Source of the DNA: Nitrospirota bacterium
Lineage (GTDB): Bacteria > Nitrospirota > UBA9217
Direction: 5' to 3'
DNA: 64,000 bases
Assembly: GCA_963818475.1 (NCBI GenBank)
Contig: CAWFSF010000006.1
Location: 1,920,001 to 1,984,000, forward strand
Shown here: one piece after another, positions 11,825 to 24,438 of the stretch
Position numbering within the stretch: position 1 is the first letter of the stretch
How the letters are laid out: every line of letters begins with the position of its first letter
Notes under the pieces: model-generated
Told to the model about the DNA's origin: nothing
Seen by the model: the letters and a program-made list of their open reading frames with translations, nothing else
Databases searched by the model: none
Translations under genes and position numbers: made by a program

Positions 11825-13808
11825 TTATCCCTGTCTCTTGAACACCACCATTCCGAGCGGCGGGAGGGTGAGCGACAGGGAGTGGTACTTCCCATGGGAC
11901 GGCACCGGCGTGGCCTCCAGACCGCCGAAGTTACCCTGCCCGCTGCCGCCGTACTCCGGCGCGTCGCTGTTCAGCAGTTCTTTCCAGAATCCTCCCGTGG
12001 GAACGCCGACGCGATAGTTGTGGCGCGGCACGGGTGTGAAGTTGCAGGCCACCAGGACCGTATCTTCCGCTCGTTTCCCCTTGCGCAGGAAGGTGATCAC
12101 GCTGTTATCCGCGTCGCTGAAATCCACCCATTCGAACCCTGCGGGATCGAAATCGAGCTCATAGAGCGCCCGCTCGCCGCGGTACAGGATGTTCAGGTGC
12201 TGGACCCACCGCCGGAGCCCCGCGTGCGGCGCATACTCGAGCAGGTTCCAGTCGAGGCTTGTGTCGTGGTTCCATTCACGCCATTGGCCGATCTCGGCGC
12301 CCATGAAGAAGAGCTTCTTGCCCGGGTGCGCGTACAGGTACCCGAAGAGCAGCCGCATGTTCGCGAACTTCTGCCAGTCGTCCCCGGGCATCTTGCCCAT
12401 GAGCGAGCCCTTGCCGTGCACCACTTCGTCGTGGGACAGGGCGAGCATGAAGTTCTCGGTGAACGCGTACCAGATACTGAAGGTGAGCTGACCCTGGTGA
12501 TACCTGCGGTACACCGGCTCGCGGGAGAAGTAGAAGAGCGTGTCGTGCATCCAGCCCATGTTCCACTTCATGCCGAACCCGAGGCCTCCCACAAAGACCG
12601 GCCGCGACACCATGGGCCAAGCCGTGGACTCTTCGGCAATGGTCTGCACGTCCGGGAAGACCCGGTAGACCTCCTCGTTCATTTTGCGCAGCAAGGTGAT
12701 GGCTTCGAGATTCTCCTTCCCGCCGTACTTGTTCGGGATCCACGCGCCCTGCTTTCTGGCGTAATCGAGGTAAAGCATCGAGGCCACGGCATCGATCCTG
12801 AGCCCGTCGGCATGGTAGAGGTCGAACCAGAAGAGCGCGCTGCTCAAGAGGAACGACCGCACCTCGTGCCGGTCATAGTTGAAGATGTAGCTGTTCCAGT
12901 CGGGATGAAAACCTTTGCGCGGGTCCTCATGCTCGTAGAGATGGGTTCCGTCGAAGAATGCCAGGCCGTGCTCGTCGCTCGGAAAGTGCGACGGCACCCA
13001 GTCGAGGATCACGCCGATGCCCTCCTGGTGGAGGCGGTCGATGAGATGCATGAAATCCTGCGGCGTGCCGTAGCGGCTCGTGGGCGCAAAATAGCCCGTC
13101 ACCTGGTATCCCCAGGACCCGAAGAAGGGGTGCTCCATCACGGGCATGAACTGCACATGCGTGAAACCCGTGTCCTTGAGATATCCCGGCAGTTGTTCCG
13201 CCATCTCGCGGTAGCTGAGCGACCGGTTGCCGTCCTCGGGCACCCTGCGCCAGGAGCCGATATGCATCTCGTACACCGACAGGGGCGCGTCCAGGGCGTT
13301 CGCCCGCTTTCGGTTCTTCATCCAGTCCTGGTCGTGCCACGGGTAGGCAAGGTCCCAGACCACCGATGCGCTTCCTGTCTTGTGCGACAGCTCCCACACA
13401 AAAGCGAAGGGATCGCCCTTGTCAACGCTGTATCCGCGTTGATTCGATACAACGTGGTACTTGTAGAGACTGCCGTTCCCGATGCCGGGAATGAAACCCT
13501 CCCAGATGCCTGATCCGTCCCACCGCGATGCAAGTTGATGGGAGGAATTGTTCCAGCCGTTGAAATCGCCCACCACCGAGACCTGTTCGGCATTCGGCGC
13601 CCATACCGCGAACAGCGACGCCCGCCACACCGTCCACGGTCATGAGGTGCGAACCAAGCTTCTCATACAGCCGGGAGTGGCTGCCTTCCTTGAACAAATA
13701 GATATCCTGCTCCGTCAGCAGACTTGCCCCGTGGATGACCGGGGCCTTTGGAGCAGCCTGCGTCGACGGCTTTTTCGGCGCGCTTACCTTCTTTTTCTTT
13801 TTAATCAT
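11825..13808 (-). CDS. glgB: 1,4-alpha-glucan branching enzyme (frameshift near 13625)
   Basis: DIYLFKEGSH..LYEKLGSH, FAVWAPNA, WGYQVTGYFAP, DGLRIDAVASMLY, AEEST, LSHDEVVHGK. Confidence 0.96.
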
Positions 13809-13847
13809 AAATAATCTCCGTTAAAGCAACAAAACAACTGCGGTCAT

Positions 13848-14180
13848 CTCTCGCAGAGGCGCGGAGGCCGCAGAGAAAGTCCAGACTATTAACGATCAAA
13901 ATCAACTTCGATCTCTCGCAAAGCTCGCAAAGGTCGCAAAGAGAATCTAAACGGTGAACATCAAGACAATAACAAAATCAACACCTATCGCTCGCAGAGC
14001 CGCAGAGACGCTGAGAAAAATAAGGCTTCTGTTCCGGTTTCAAAATAAAGCTTAGAATTTTTGCTCTCTCTGCGCCTCCGCGCCTCTGCGAGAGAACGCT
14101 TTGCTTAGCCTTTTTCTGCGTCCTCTGCGAGAAAATGCCCTAGCCGTATCCGCGTTCATCCGCCGTTATCCGCGTCCCCT
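13848..14180. repeat. Composite palindromic repeat cluster, largely repeated at 17565-17762
   Basis: cgcagagccgcagagacgctgagaaaa...ttgctctctctgcgcctccgcg and ctcgcaaagctcgcaaagg occur on both sides of treS. Confidence 0.85.
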
Positions 14181-14202
14181 GCATTTTTCACATCTTTTCC
14201 CC

Positions 14203-17532
<3,330 letters not shown>

Positions 17533-17564
17533 GGTCTTTTATCAGGAACGCTCAAAGCAACGGC

Positions 17565-17762
17565 GTCTCTCGCAAAGCTCGCAAAGGACGCAAAGGAAAT
17601 CTTCACGTCCCGGTTTTTTAAACTATAAAAATAAAAATCAACTGCGAACGGCTGTCTCGCGCAGAGCCGCAGAGACGCTGAGAAAAACAAGGTTTTTGTT
17701 CCGGTTCAAAACAAAGATTAAAATTTTTGCTCTCTCTGCGCCTCCGCGTCTCCGCGGGAAAA
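17565..17762. repeat. Composite palindromic repeat cluster (copy of 13913-14096)
   Basis: Same units in the same orientation as upstream of glgB. Confidence 0.85.
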
Positions 17763-17777
17763 AATCTTTTCGCTGTG

Positions 17778-19772
17778 TCACAGAAAATAATCAAAATCCG
17801 TCTCGCGCTTCAGCTTCTTCCGCACCCGGAAGATGTTCCCCGGCATGACCTGCGGGTTGATCTGCACGAAGTTCCGCTCCCCTTCCCAGATGTACTTGTC
17901 GTCGCCGATCAGGTCGTGCACCAGGTAGGGCTTGTGCTCGCCCAGCCCGAGTTCCTCCACCGGGACCTTTACCCAGCCGGACTGGGTGTGAAAGGGGTCG
18001 AGGTTCACCACGATGATGAGGCTGTTCTCGCCGTCCTCGGTCGACTTGCCGTAACACAGCAGGTTGTCGTTCTCGGTCTCGTAGAACTCCAGGTTCCAGG
18101 TGGTCTGGAGCGCCTTGTTCTCCCGCCGTATGCGGTTGATGCGCGCGATCACGTCACGCAGGCTTTTGGGATCATCGAGATTCCAGCTTTTGATCTCGTA
18201 CTTTTCGGAATTAAGATACTCTTCCTTCCCGGGGATCGCCTCGTTCACGCAGAGTTCGAAGGCCGGTCCGTAGATCCCGATGTTCGAGGAGAGCGTGGCT
18301 GCCAGCAGATAGCGCGTAATGAACGCCGGCCTGCCGCCGTACTGCAGGTGCTCCGGCAGGATGTCCGGCGTGTTCGGCCAGAAGTTCGGCCGAAAGAGGT
18401 CACGGAGGTCGCTCTGCGTCAGCTCGGTCAGGTACTCCATGAACTCCCGCTTGGTATACCGCCAGGTGAAGTAGGTATAGGACTGGGCGAACCCGACCTT
18501 GCCGAGCCGGTACATGGTCTTGGGCCGCGTGAAGGCTTCGGCAAGGAAGAACACCTCCGGATGCTCTTTCCGGATACCGCCAATGAGCCATTGCCAGAAA
18601 GCAAAGGGTTTGGTGTGCGGATTGTCCACGCGGAAGATGCGCACGCCCTTCTTGATCCAGAACCGCACCACCCGCCCGATCTCCTCCCAGAGCGCTTTCC
18701 AGTCTTCGGTCTCGAAATTGAGGGGATAAATATCCTCATATTTTTTGGGAGGGTTCTCCGCGTACTGCACCGTATTGTCGGGCCGCCAGCGGAACCATGT
18801 CGGGTGGTCCTTCACATAGGGATGGTCGGGAGAGCACTGGAGCGCGAGATCGATCGCCACATCGATGTCCTGCTCCTTCGCCTTCTGTACGAACCGCTCG
18901 AAGTCCGGGATCGTGCCGAGGTCCGGATGGATTGCGTCGTGGCCGCCTTCTTCGGACCCGATGGCCCAGGGGCTCCCCACGTCGCCCGGCCCAGCCTTTG
19001 GCGCATTGTTCTTCCCTTTCCGCTCCGTTTTGCCGATGGGATGGATGGGCGGGAGATAGATCACGTCGAACCCCATCTCCTTGATATAAGGAATGAGCTT
19101 TTCGCAGTCCCGGAAGGTCCCGTGGGTCCCCTGCTCCGGCGTACAGGAGCGCGGGAAGAACTCGTACCAGGTGCTGAAGAGCGCCTTGGGAACATCCACG
19201 ACAACGACAAGTTCCTTGTCGTAGGACACGGAAAAAGCGCGGTCCGGAAAGGCAGCCATGAGATCGGCGAGCTTTTCGCTCAAGGCGAGGGACCCGGCCT
19301 CTGGGTCGTCCTTTTTCACCGCATCCGCCAGCCGGTCGCGGAGCGCCCGGAGTTCCTGTCGCTCCTTGCTATCTTCTCCGCGGCCAAGCGCAGACTCGAT
19401 CAGGATCAGCCCGGTCAGAAACTCCATCTTCACGTCCTGTTGCGCGTCCACCCTTTTTTTGAGGTCCCGCTGCCAGGTCTTGAAGTGGTCAACCCAGCCT
19501 TCCAGAGCATAGACGTAGGCGCCCAGTTCCGTGACCGTAAACCGCGCCTCCCACCTGTCGTTCAGCCGGGGCTCGAAGGGGACCTCTTTCCATGCCCCGC
19601 CCTTCTCATGTTTATACAGGAGCCGGGCAGAGAGCGAGTCATGGCCGTCCGAGAAAATGTCCGCGGACACGACCACGCTTTCACCTATCACGCGCTTGGC
19701 CGGGAACCTGCCGCAGTTGATCTCGGGTTTCACATTCTCGATAACGACCCGTTTTCTGCCGTCTTCTGCCAA
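17778..19772 (-). CDS. glgE: Alpha-1,4-glucan:maltose-1-phosphate maltosyltransferase
   Basis: WYEFFPRS, YLPPIHPIG, AENPPKKYEDI, FRVDNPHTKP, FLAEAFTRP, FWPNTPDIL. Confidence 0.96.
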   Translation of the reverse strand: MAEDGRKRVVIENVKPEINCGRFPAKRVIGESVVVSADIFSDGHDSLSARLLYKHEKGGAWKEVPFEPRLNDRWEARFTVTELGAYVYALEGWVDHFKTWQRDLKKRVDAQQDVKMEFLTGLILIESALGRGEDSKERQELRALRDRLADAVKKDDPEAGSLALSEKLADLMAAFPDRAFSVSYDKELVVVVDVPKALFSTWYEFFPRSCTPEQGTHGTFRDCEKLIPYIKEMGFDVIYLPPIHPIGKTERKGKNNAPKAGPGDVGSPWAIGSEEGGHDAIHPDLGTIPDFERFVQKAKEQDIDVAIDLALQCSPDHPYVKDHPTWFRWRPDNTVQYAENPPKKYEDIYPLNFETEDWKALWEEIGRVVRFWIKKGVRIFRVDNPHTKPFAFWQWLIGGIRKEHPEVFFLAEAFTRPKTMYRLGKVGFAQSYTYFTWRYTKREFMEYLTELTQSDLRDLFRPNFWPNTPDILPEHLQYGGRPAFITRYLLAATLSSNIGIYGPAFELCVNEAIPGKEEYLNSEKYEIKSWNLDDPKSLRDVIARINRIRRENKALQTTWNLEFYETENDNLLCYGKSTEDGENSLIIVVNLDPFHTQSGWVKVPVEELGLGEHKPYLVHDLIGDDKYIWEGERNFVQINPQVMPGNIFRVRKKLKRETDFDYFL

Positions 19773-19806
19773 GGGATATTTCCTTTCAACTTAAAAAGAG
19801 CAGTTC

Positions 19807-19937
19807 AGCCACAAAAGGCACATAAAGCACATAAAAAGCAAGCAATAATTTGATAAAGCGCTTCACCAAGAAGGTGACTATGCTTTTTGCGTTAAGAGAC
19901 TGATGTTACTATGTGAATTTTGTGACTTATGTGGCCA
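19807..19937. repeat. Palindromic element with tandem-unit arms
   Basis: gccacaaaaggcacataaagcacata...tatgtgaattttgtgacttatgtggc. Confidence 0.7.
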
Positions 19938-19992
19938 ACTGCCGTATCCTAGGTTCAAAACTGATTTTTCAGCATCCATCGCAGTAGCGAAA

Positions 19993-20077
19993 ATCCCCCT
20001 CACCCCAGCCCTCTCCCACGAAGGGGAGAGGAAGTAAGAGGTAGCCCCTCCCTTGATGGGAGGGGTTGGGGAGGGTG
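19993..20077. repeat. REP-like element (related copy at 37251-37291)
   Basis: cccctcaccccagccctctcccacgaaggggagagg...cccctcccttgatgggaggggttggggagggtg. Confidence 0.7.
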
Positions 20078-20407
20078 CTCATTTAGTATCCGAAAAAATA
20101 ATGGAAATGGTGATCTCCGTGGTTATTTTTCTATATCGCCCGGAACTTATTGATTTAATTATAACAGATGCATCCCAGGGCTGCGGCGGGCTCGAACCCT
20201 CTTTTTCCAAGAGATCCGGTACGGCCATTCGGCGCTTTGTGCATGACTGAAGAAGACGTGGCTGGCAAACGGACTATAAACCATCCGTCATTCGCGGAAC
20301 ATTTCAGAGCGGCAAGTTTTTCGATAATAAAATCGGCTCATCGAGAGCGCCTCTTACACCTGCCCGGGATTCCGCCGGAAGTGATCCAATACATTGGCAA
20401 ATATACC

Positions 20408-20436
20408 TTGACATGCCTGAATGAATAAAATATAGT
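20408..20436 (+). promoter_or_regulatory. Sigma70 promoter facing the cassette array (Pc candidate)
   Basis: TTGACA-17 bp-TATAGT. Confidence 0.6.
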
Positions 20437-20752
20437 TTTTTTGTCGCTGATCCCATTTACTACTTTCCAAAGAGTGCGCTTTTCCCTGCTCTCCGTTTAC
20501 ATCCGTCTCCTGAGCACTTGTTTCTTCCTGTCAGGGAATTTATTTTGTTCATTTGTCCCTGGGCTGAGGTCGGAAAAAACCCTGGACGCCACCCTCGCAC
20601 CGATTCAAAGATGACACTCATGTGCCTGTGCGTATTTGGTATGGCGAAAAAGCTTTGCGGGAAAAGGCCAAGGCAGCGGAGGGGAAATAGGGGCCGAAGA
20701 CACGAGCATGGCATGTCCAGTTCGGGAAAATCAAGGGCACCGAATTGGAAAA

Positions 20753-20861
20753 GTTTATCATAAACCGTAAAAGTTTATGATAGCAATAACCGGTTTACGT
20801 TATCATAAACTTGCTTATGTTATCATAAACCGACTTGCTTATAGTCAACAACATGTTAGTT
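20753..20861 (+). mobile_element. attI-like integron recombination site
   Basis: TATCATAAAC three times direct and once inverted, ttgcttat twice, ending in GTTAGTT 27 bp before the first cassette ORF. Confidence 0.6.
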
Positions 20862-20888
20862 TTAAAATAAATTAAACGAGGTGCCTTT

Positions 20889-21179
20889 ATGACGAAAAAA
20901 AGCTGGACCTATCTATTGGGTTACACTGTATTATGCATGCTTGATATTCCGATATCAATTCGTTGGGGTGGCAGCGGAATTCATAGTGGGACGATTATCT
21001 TCATTCTAATAATGATGTTCACACCAATTATTAGCTCGCTATTAATCGCTCTTATTGCTGGTTTTCGTACTAAAAGTTATATTGATAAATTCAATTCAGT
21101 ATTTCCAAAAGCGATAGTTATTTGCGGCCTCTTTGTGGCTTTCTATCTTTTGACTGGCCTAATCATGCCTGGGGGTTGA
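20889..21179 (+). CDS. Cassette membrane protein (hypothetical)
   Basis: 96 aa, about three hydrophobic segments, GAGG RBS. Confidence 0.7.
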   Translation: MTKKSWTYLLGYTVLCMLDIPISIRWGGSGIHSGTIIFILIMMFTPIISSLLIALIAGFRTKSYIDKFNSVFPKAIVICGLFVAFYLLTGLIMPGG

Positions 21180-21192
21180 TTCTGGGGAAATA

Positions 21193-21272
21193 AGGGGACG
21201 TTGTTTCCATCCATGCTTTCCTTGCATGGGTTGGGGCAAGGCCGTAAGGCAAGCATAGAAACAACGTCCCCT
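21193..21272. mobile_element. 80-bp element with perfect 15-bp terminal inverted repeats
   Basis: aggggacgttgtttc ... gaaacaacgtcccct. Confidence 0.7.
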
Positions 21273-21291
21273 GTGATCTCCTTTTGAAAAA

Positions 21292-21801
21292 TTGCCTCTG
21301 ACACCTGACGGTTATCCCGCCATTAGCTCAGTCGAAATCAAAGGAGTAAACCGTCCTTTTGACGTGACTGATTGGCAAAAATATCGTGCTGCAAGCAAGA
21401 ATGATCATGACCGTTTCTTTATTAGATCGATCGAAACGGAAGCTAAGCGCATCGCGACCCATCTTATGAAAAAACGTTGGTCTATTGTTTTCAGCGAAAG
21501 GGAAATGTTCATAACATCTGACAAGCCTGTTCTGCTGCAGCATCAATCAAAAAAGACATTTGGCTTTGGTACAGAGGGGACGATAGTGATGTTTCCTCTG
21601 TCACCTCGCAGACTCTTGGTAATGGATGATATGCATAAGGAGCCATCCAATCAATACTACCCTCTTATGCAGGAAAACGAAGGTGCATTCAATTATGGTA
21701 TTTGGCATAATGGCAGCCGATTTATGATAACAGGCCGTCCTGTTCCTGAGGTTCTACGCGAAATATTAGCATGGACCGATGGGCCGGCAAAACTTATCTA
21801 G
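21292..21801 (+). pseudogene. 5'-truncated DUF4238-like cassette protein
   Basis: FITSDKPV and MFPLSPRRLL motifs typical of the DUF4238 C-terminal half; no convincing RBS or start. Confidence 0.6.
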
Positions 21802-21803
21802 GA

Positions 21804-21863
21804 TGCTAACCATTCGGCTCGAGAGGGTCGCGAAAACCGCGCCCCTCAGCCGAGCCGTTAGTA
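21804..21863 (+). mobile_element. attC site 1
   Basis: tgctAAC cattcggctcgagagggtcgcgaaaaccgcgcccctcagccgagcc GTTagta. Confidence 0.9.
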
Positions 21864-21880
21864 TCTGAGGTGTTGATAGA

Positions 21881-22186
21881 ATGGACAAACAGATAAAATG
21901 CAAGAACTGTAACAACTCATTTGACCCACGGAATAATCGTTTATTCGTGTTTGACTCACTTCCAAAAGAAGAGAAAATGTGGCCATCACCAGCTCTTGAA
22001 AATATGCATAAGGAATGGTGGAATTTTAATATCGTGAAGTGTCCGCAATGCGGAAATCAATTCCGGACAAAAGAGCTAAAGCTGCTCGGTGTGTTTTCTC
22101 CGATGGGGCTTCTTGTATTCGTAATATCTTTTGATATTTCATTGGTTTTATATTTTATTTTTGTTGTTTTGAAAGTGCGATTCTAA
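21881..22186 (+). CDS. Cassette zinc-ribbon protein with a C-terminal TM helix
   Basis: CKNC and CPQC pairs, hydrophobic tail. Confidence 0.7.
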   Translation: MDKQIKCKNCNNSFDPRNNRLFVFDSLPKEEKMWPSPALENMHKEWWNFNIVKCPQCGNQFRTKELKLLGVFSPMGLLVFVISFDISLVLYFIFVVLKVRF

Positions 22187-22222
22187 CTTGCGGGCACGAC
22201 GCGCAAAAGCTGCGTGTTAGGA
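22181..22222 (+). mobile_element. attC site 2 (short, degenerate, 42 bp)
   Basis: ttctAAC ... GTTagga with an internally deleted stem. Confidence 0.6.
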
Positions 22223-22229
22223 GGACGTT

Positions 22230-22721
22230 GTGAACAATACACATACTCTAAAATACTCAAGAGACCTGGTTACGAGGGCGGTACGGTCATTCTTTCTTCG
22301 GAAACTGGGTGCTAGCTACTTCATTGCACTTCTCCTGCTTGTCGGCTACCTCATGTATGACTTGAATGGGGGAGACCGCTCATGGTTTGTCGGCATAATG
22401 GGAGCAATCTTAGGTTTTGGTATTCTCGTTCCATTGGCAGCAATGTTTGGGCACATACGTCTCGGTCTCCGAAAGCTCGCTGAAATGCCAGACGCTACCG
22501 CAACCATGACCATCACTGATAACGGACTCGTAGTGCGATCTGCAATTGGGTCGTATGAGATTACTTGGCGGACCATCACCGAGGTATGGCAATATCCTGA
22601 TTACTGGCTGCTGCTATCAGGCCGTCACTTCCTCATGACGCTACCAATAATTGAATTGCGTGATGACGAAAGAAAGTCTATTCAGGCTGCCCTTCAGAAG
22701 GCGAATATCAAATTCGCCTAG
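22230..22721 (+). CDS. YcxB-like membrane protein
   Basis: Two TM helices, then ITDNGLVVRS..GSYEITWRTITEVWQYPDYWLL. Confidence 0.7.
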   Translation: MNNTHTLKYSRDLVTRAVRSFFLRKLGASYFIALLLLVGYLMYDLNGGDRSWFVGIMGAILGFGILVPLAAMFGHIRLGLRKLAEMPDATATMTITDNGLVVRSAIGSYEITWRTITEVWQYPDYWLLLSGRHFLMTLPIIELRDDERKSIQAALQKANIKFA

Positions 22722-22744
22722 CGGGGCTATCACTCCGACGATGA

Positions 22745-22803
22745 TTCTAACCATTCGGCTTGAGCGGGTCGCGAAAACCGCGCCCTCAGCCGAGCCGTTA
22801 TAT
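22745..22803 (+). mobile_element. attC site 3
   Basis: Near-identical to attC1; ttctAAC...GTTatat. Confidence 0.9.
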
Positions 22804-22831
22804 TGACTGTCGAGCACTAGGAACGTGTGAC

Positions 22832-23551
22832 ATGACGAAATGTTCTCGATATCTTTTACATGCCCTCCTTTCAGTCGTTGCGTTCTTTGTGGTGTGTACA
22901 CTACAAAGCCAAGCAGCTGCGGTGTCGGACGTAATGCATTTTACAGATGACTACCCAACGTGCTCTTTCTCGGCGATTGACGCGAAAACCGGTAATCCAG
23001 TCAAGAATGTATTCGCTATTGCGGAATGGTACAAGGATGTCAGTGTGATGGAGTATGCTACAACGCTATGCCGGAATGCCTACAGAGTACGGTCCGATGG
23101 ATCGGTGTTCTCCATACCTGCTGCTCGTTGCTCGGGATTCCGTCATAACACAACCTTGGAGGTTCGTGTTAAAGCATTAGGATATCGAGTAAAGAAAATT
23201 CGGATATTGAGGCGCCCAAAGACTTCTCACCTTATTCCTCATATCACTTATCTGCCCATCAAAGACTGCGGTAAGGTTCCCCAACTATTGCCACTTGAAA
23301 AAATCCAATCGATCGATAAGGCGCTCGAACAGTATCAAGACAAATATAATCGAGATCAAATTGCAACAGTGTATGGTAATACCGAGACCTATCATGACCA
23401 AATGGTGTCGGAGCTCAAGAACTTTGACCCTCGTCTTGATGTCTCCGAAGCGAGAAAGTCCTATTGCGGAGTCGTACTCAAAGACATTCCTCAGACTGAG
23501 AATAGAGCCAAACTGATCGAATGGACAGAGCCGTACTGCACGGACCGTTGA
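22832..23551 (+). CDS. Cassette exported protein (hypothetical)
   Basis: Signal-peptide-like N-terminus, IDAKTGNPVKNV segment, several Cys. Confidence 0.7.
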   Translation: MTKCSRYLLHALLSVVAFFVVCTLQSQAAAVSDVMHFTDDYPTCSFSAIDAKTGNPVKNVFAIAEWYKDVSVMEYATTLCRNAYRVRSDGSVFSIPAARCSGFRHNTTLEVRVKALGYRVKKIRILRRPKTSHLIPHITYLPIKDCGKVPQLLPLEKIQSIDKALEQYQDKYNRDQIATVYGNTETYHDQMVSELKNFDPRLDVSEARKSYCGVVLKDIPQTENRAKLIEWTEPYCTDR

Positions 23552-23576
23552 CCGAACGGAGACATCGGTAAGAACG

Positions 23577-23632
23577 TCATAACGAGTCGTTCCACGCCGA
23601 CCGCTGCGCGGCGTGTGAACTCGTCGTTCTCT
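23577..23632 (+). mobile_element. attC site 4
   Basis: tcatAAC gagtcgttccacgccgaccgctgcgcggcgtgtgaactcgtc GTTctct. Confidence 0.9.
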
Positions 23633-23762
23633 CCGGCGCTGCGCGCCGGAGAGAACCCCCGGGGCTGAGCCATGAGCTCCTTCCCGGCGCGAGCGCGCCG
23701 GGAGAACCAGGAGCTGGAGACCAATGGACCTGCGGTCCATGGCTCAGCCCCGGGGGTTATAC
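23626..23762 (+). mobile_element. ORF-less 130-bp cassette with an atypical multibranched attC (site 5, 23650-23762)
   Basis: Starts GTTCTCT, the exact complement of its own R'' AGAGAAC; a perfect 21-bp outer stem encloses two hairpins. Confidence 0.75.
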
Positions 23763-23781
23763 CTGAGAGAAGGTAGGGAAG

Positions 23782-24358
23782 ATGAAAAATAAGAAATACA
23801 AATTTTGGAGCGATATATTTCCTATCATAATCTCGGTTATCGCTCTATTTTTTTCAGGTATAAGCCTTTGGCACTCGGATGCTTCATTAACCCTTAGTGA
23901 AAAAACTGCAAAACCATATTTAGATATAAAATTTAAAAAATATTCAGGCAATGATGAATATTACACATTAAAAAGAACTGCTGCCGGTGTCCAAGTAAGC
24001 TTTCAATTTGAACTTGAGAATACAGGCGCTGTGCCTATTACTGATGTATCAATATCAAAATTTGTATTTTATAACCGCAATAAAAATACAAAACAGACTA
24101 TAGAAAACAGCATCGAAAAAATGGTGATCTACCCAGGGAAAAGCAAACTTCTTATTGAAAGCATTCTCTTGGATCGATTCGATATTTCGTAAGGAAGCTG
24201 CCTGGAAGTTAGCACAAAAAGAAGGTTTTATTTTTGATATCGAATTTACTGTAGAGTATTCCAATATTATTGACAGAACAATAAAAACTAAAAGTGAAAT
24301 GGGATACAAATTCAGTAAGGCATTTGCCGAGATTACAAAAAATATATTAGTTGAATGA
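23782..24358 (+). CDS. Cassette membrane-anchored protein (frameshift near 24170)
   Basis: N-terminal TM helix; two overlapping ORFs fill one cassette; AT-rich. Confidence 0.65.
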
Positions 24359-24370
24359 CAATTAGAAAGG

Positions 24371-24426
24371 TAATAACAAATCGTTCCACGCCGACCGCTT
24401 CGCGGCGTGTGAACTCATCGTTAGAG
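24371..24426 (+). mobile_element. attC site 6
   Basis: Near-identical to attC4; taatAAC...GTTagag. Confidence 0.9.
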
Positions 24427-24438
24427 GTCAGATCTATT

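Noticed and set aside
20050-20750. Integron integrase at the expected position
   Set aside because: The short ORFs here show no tyrosine recombinase R-H-R-Y or IntI patch motifs.
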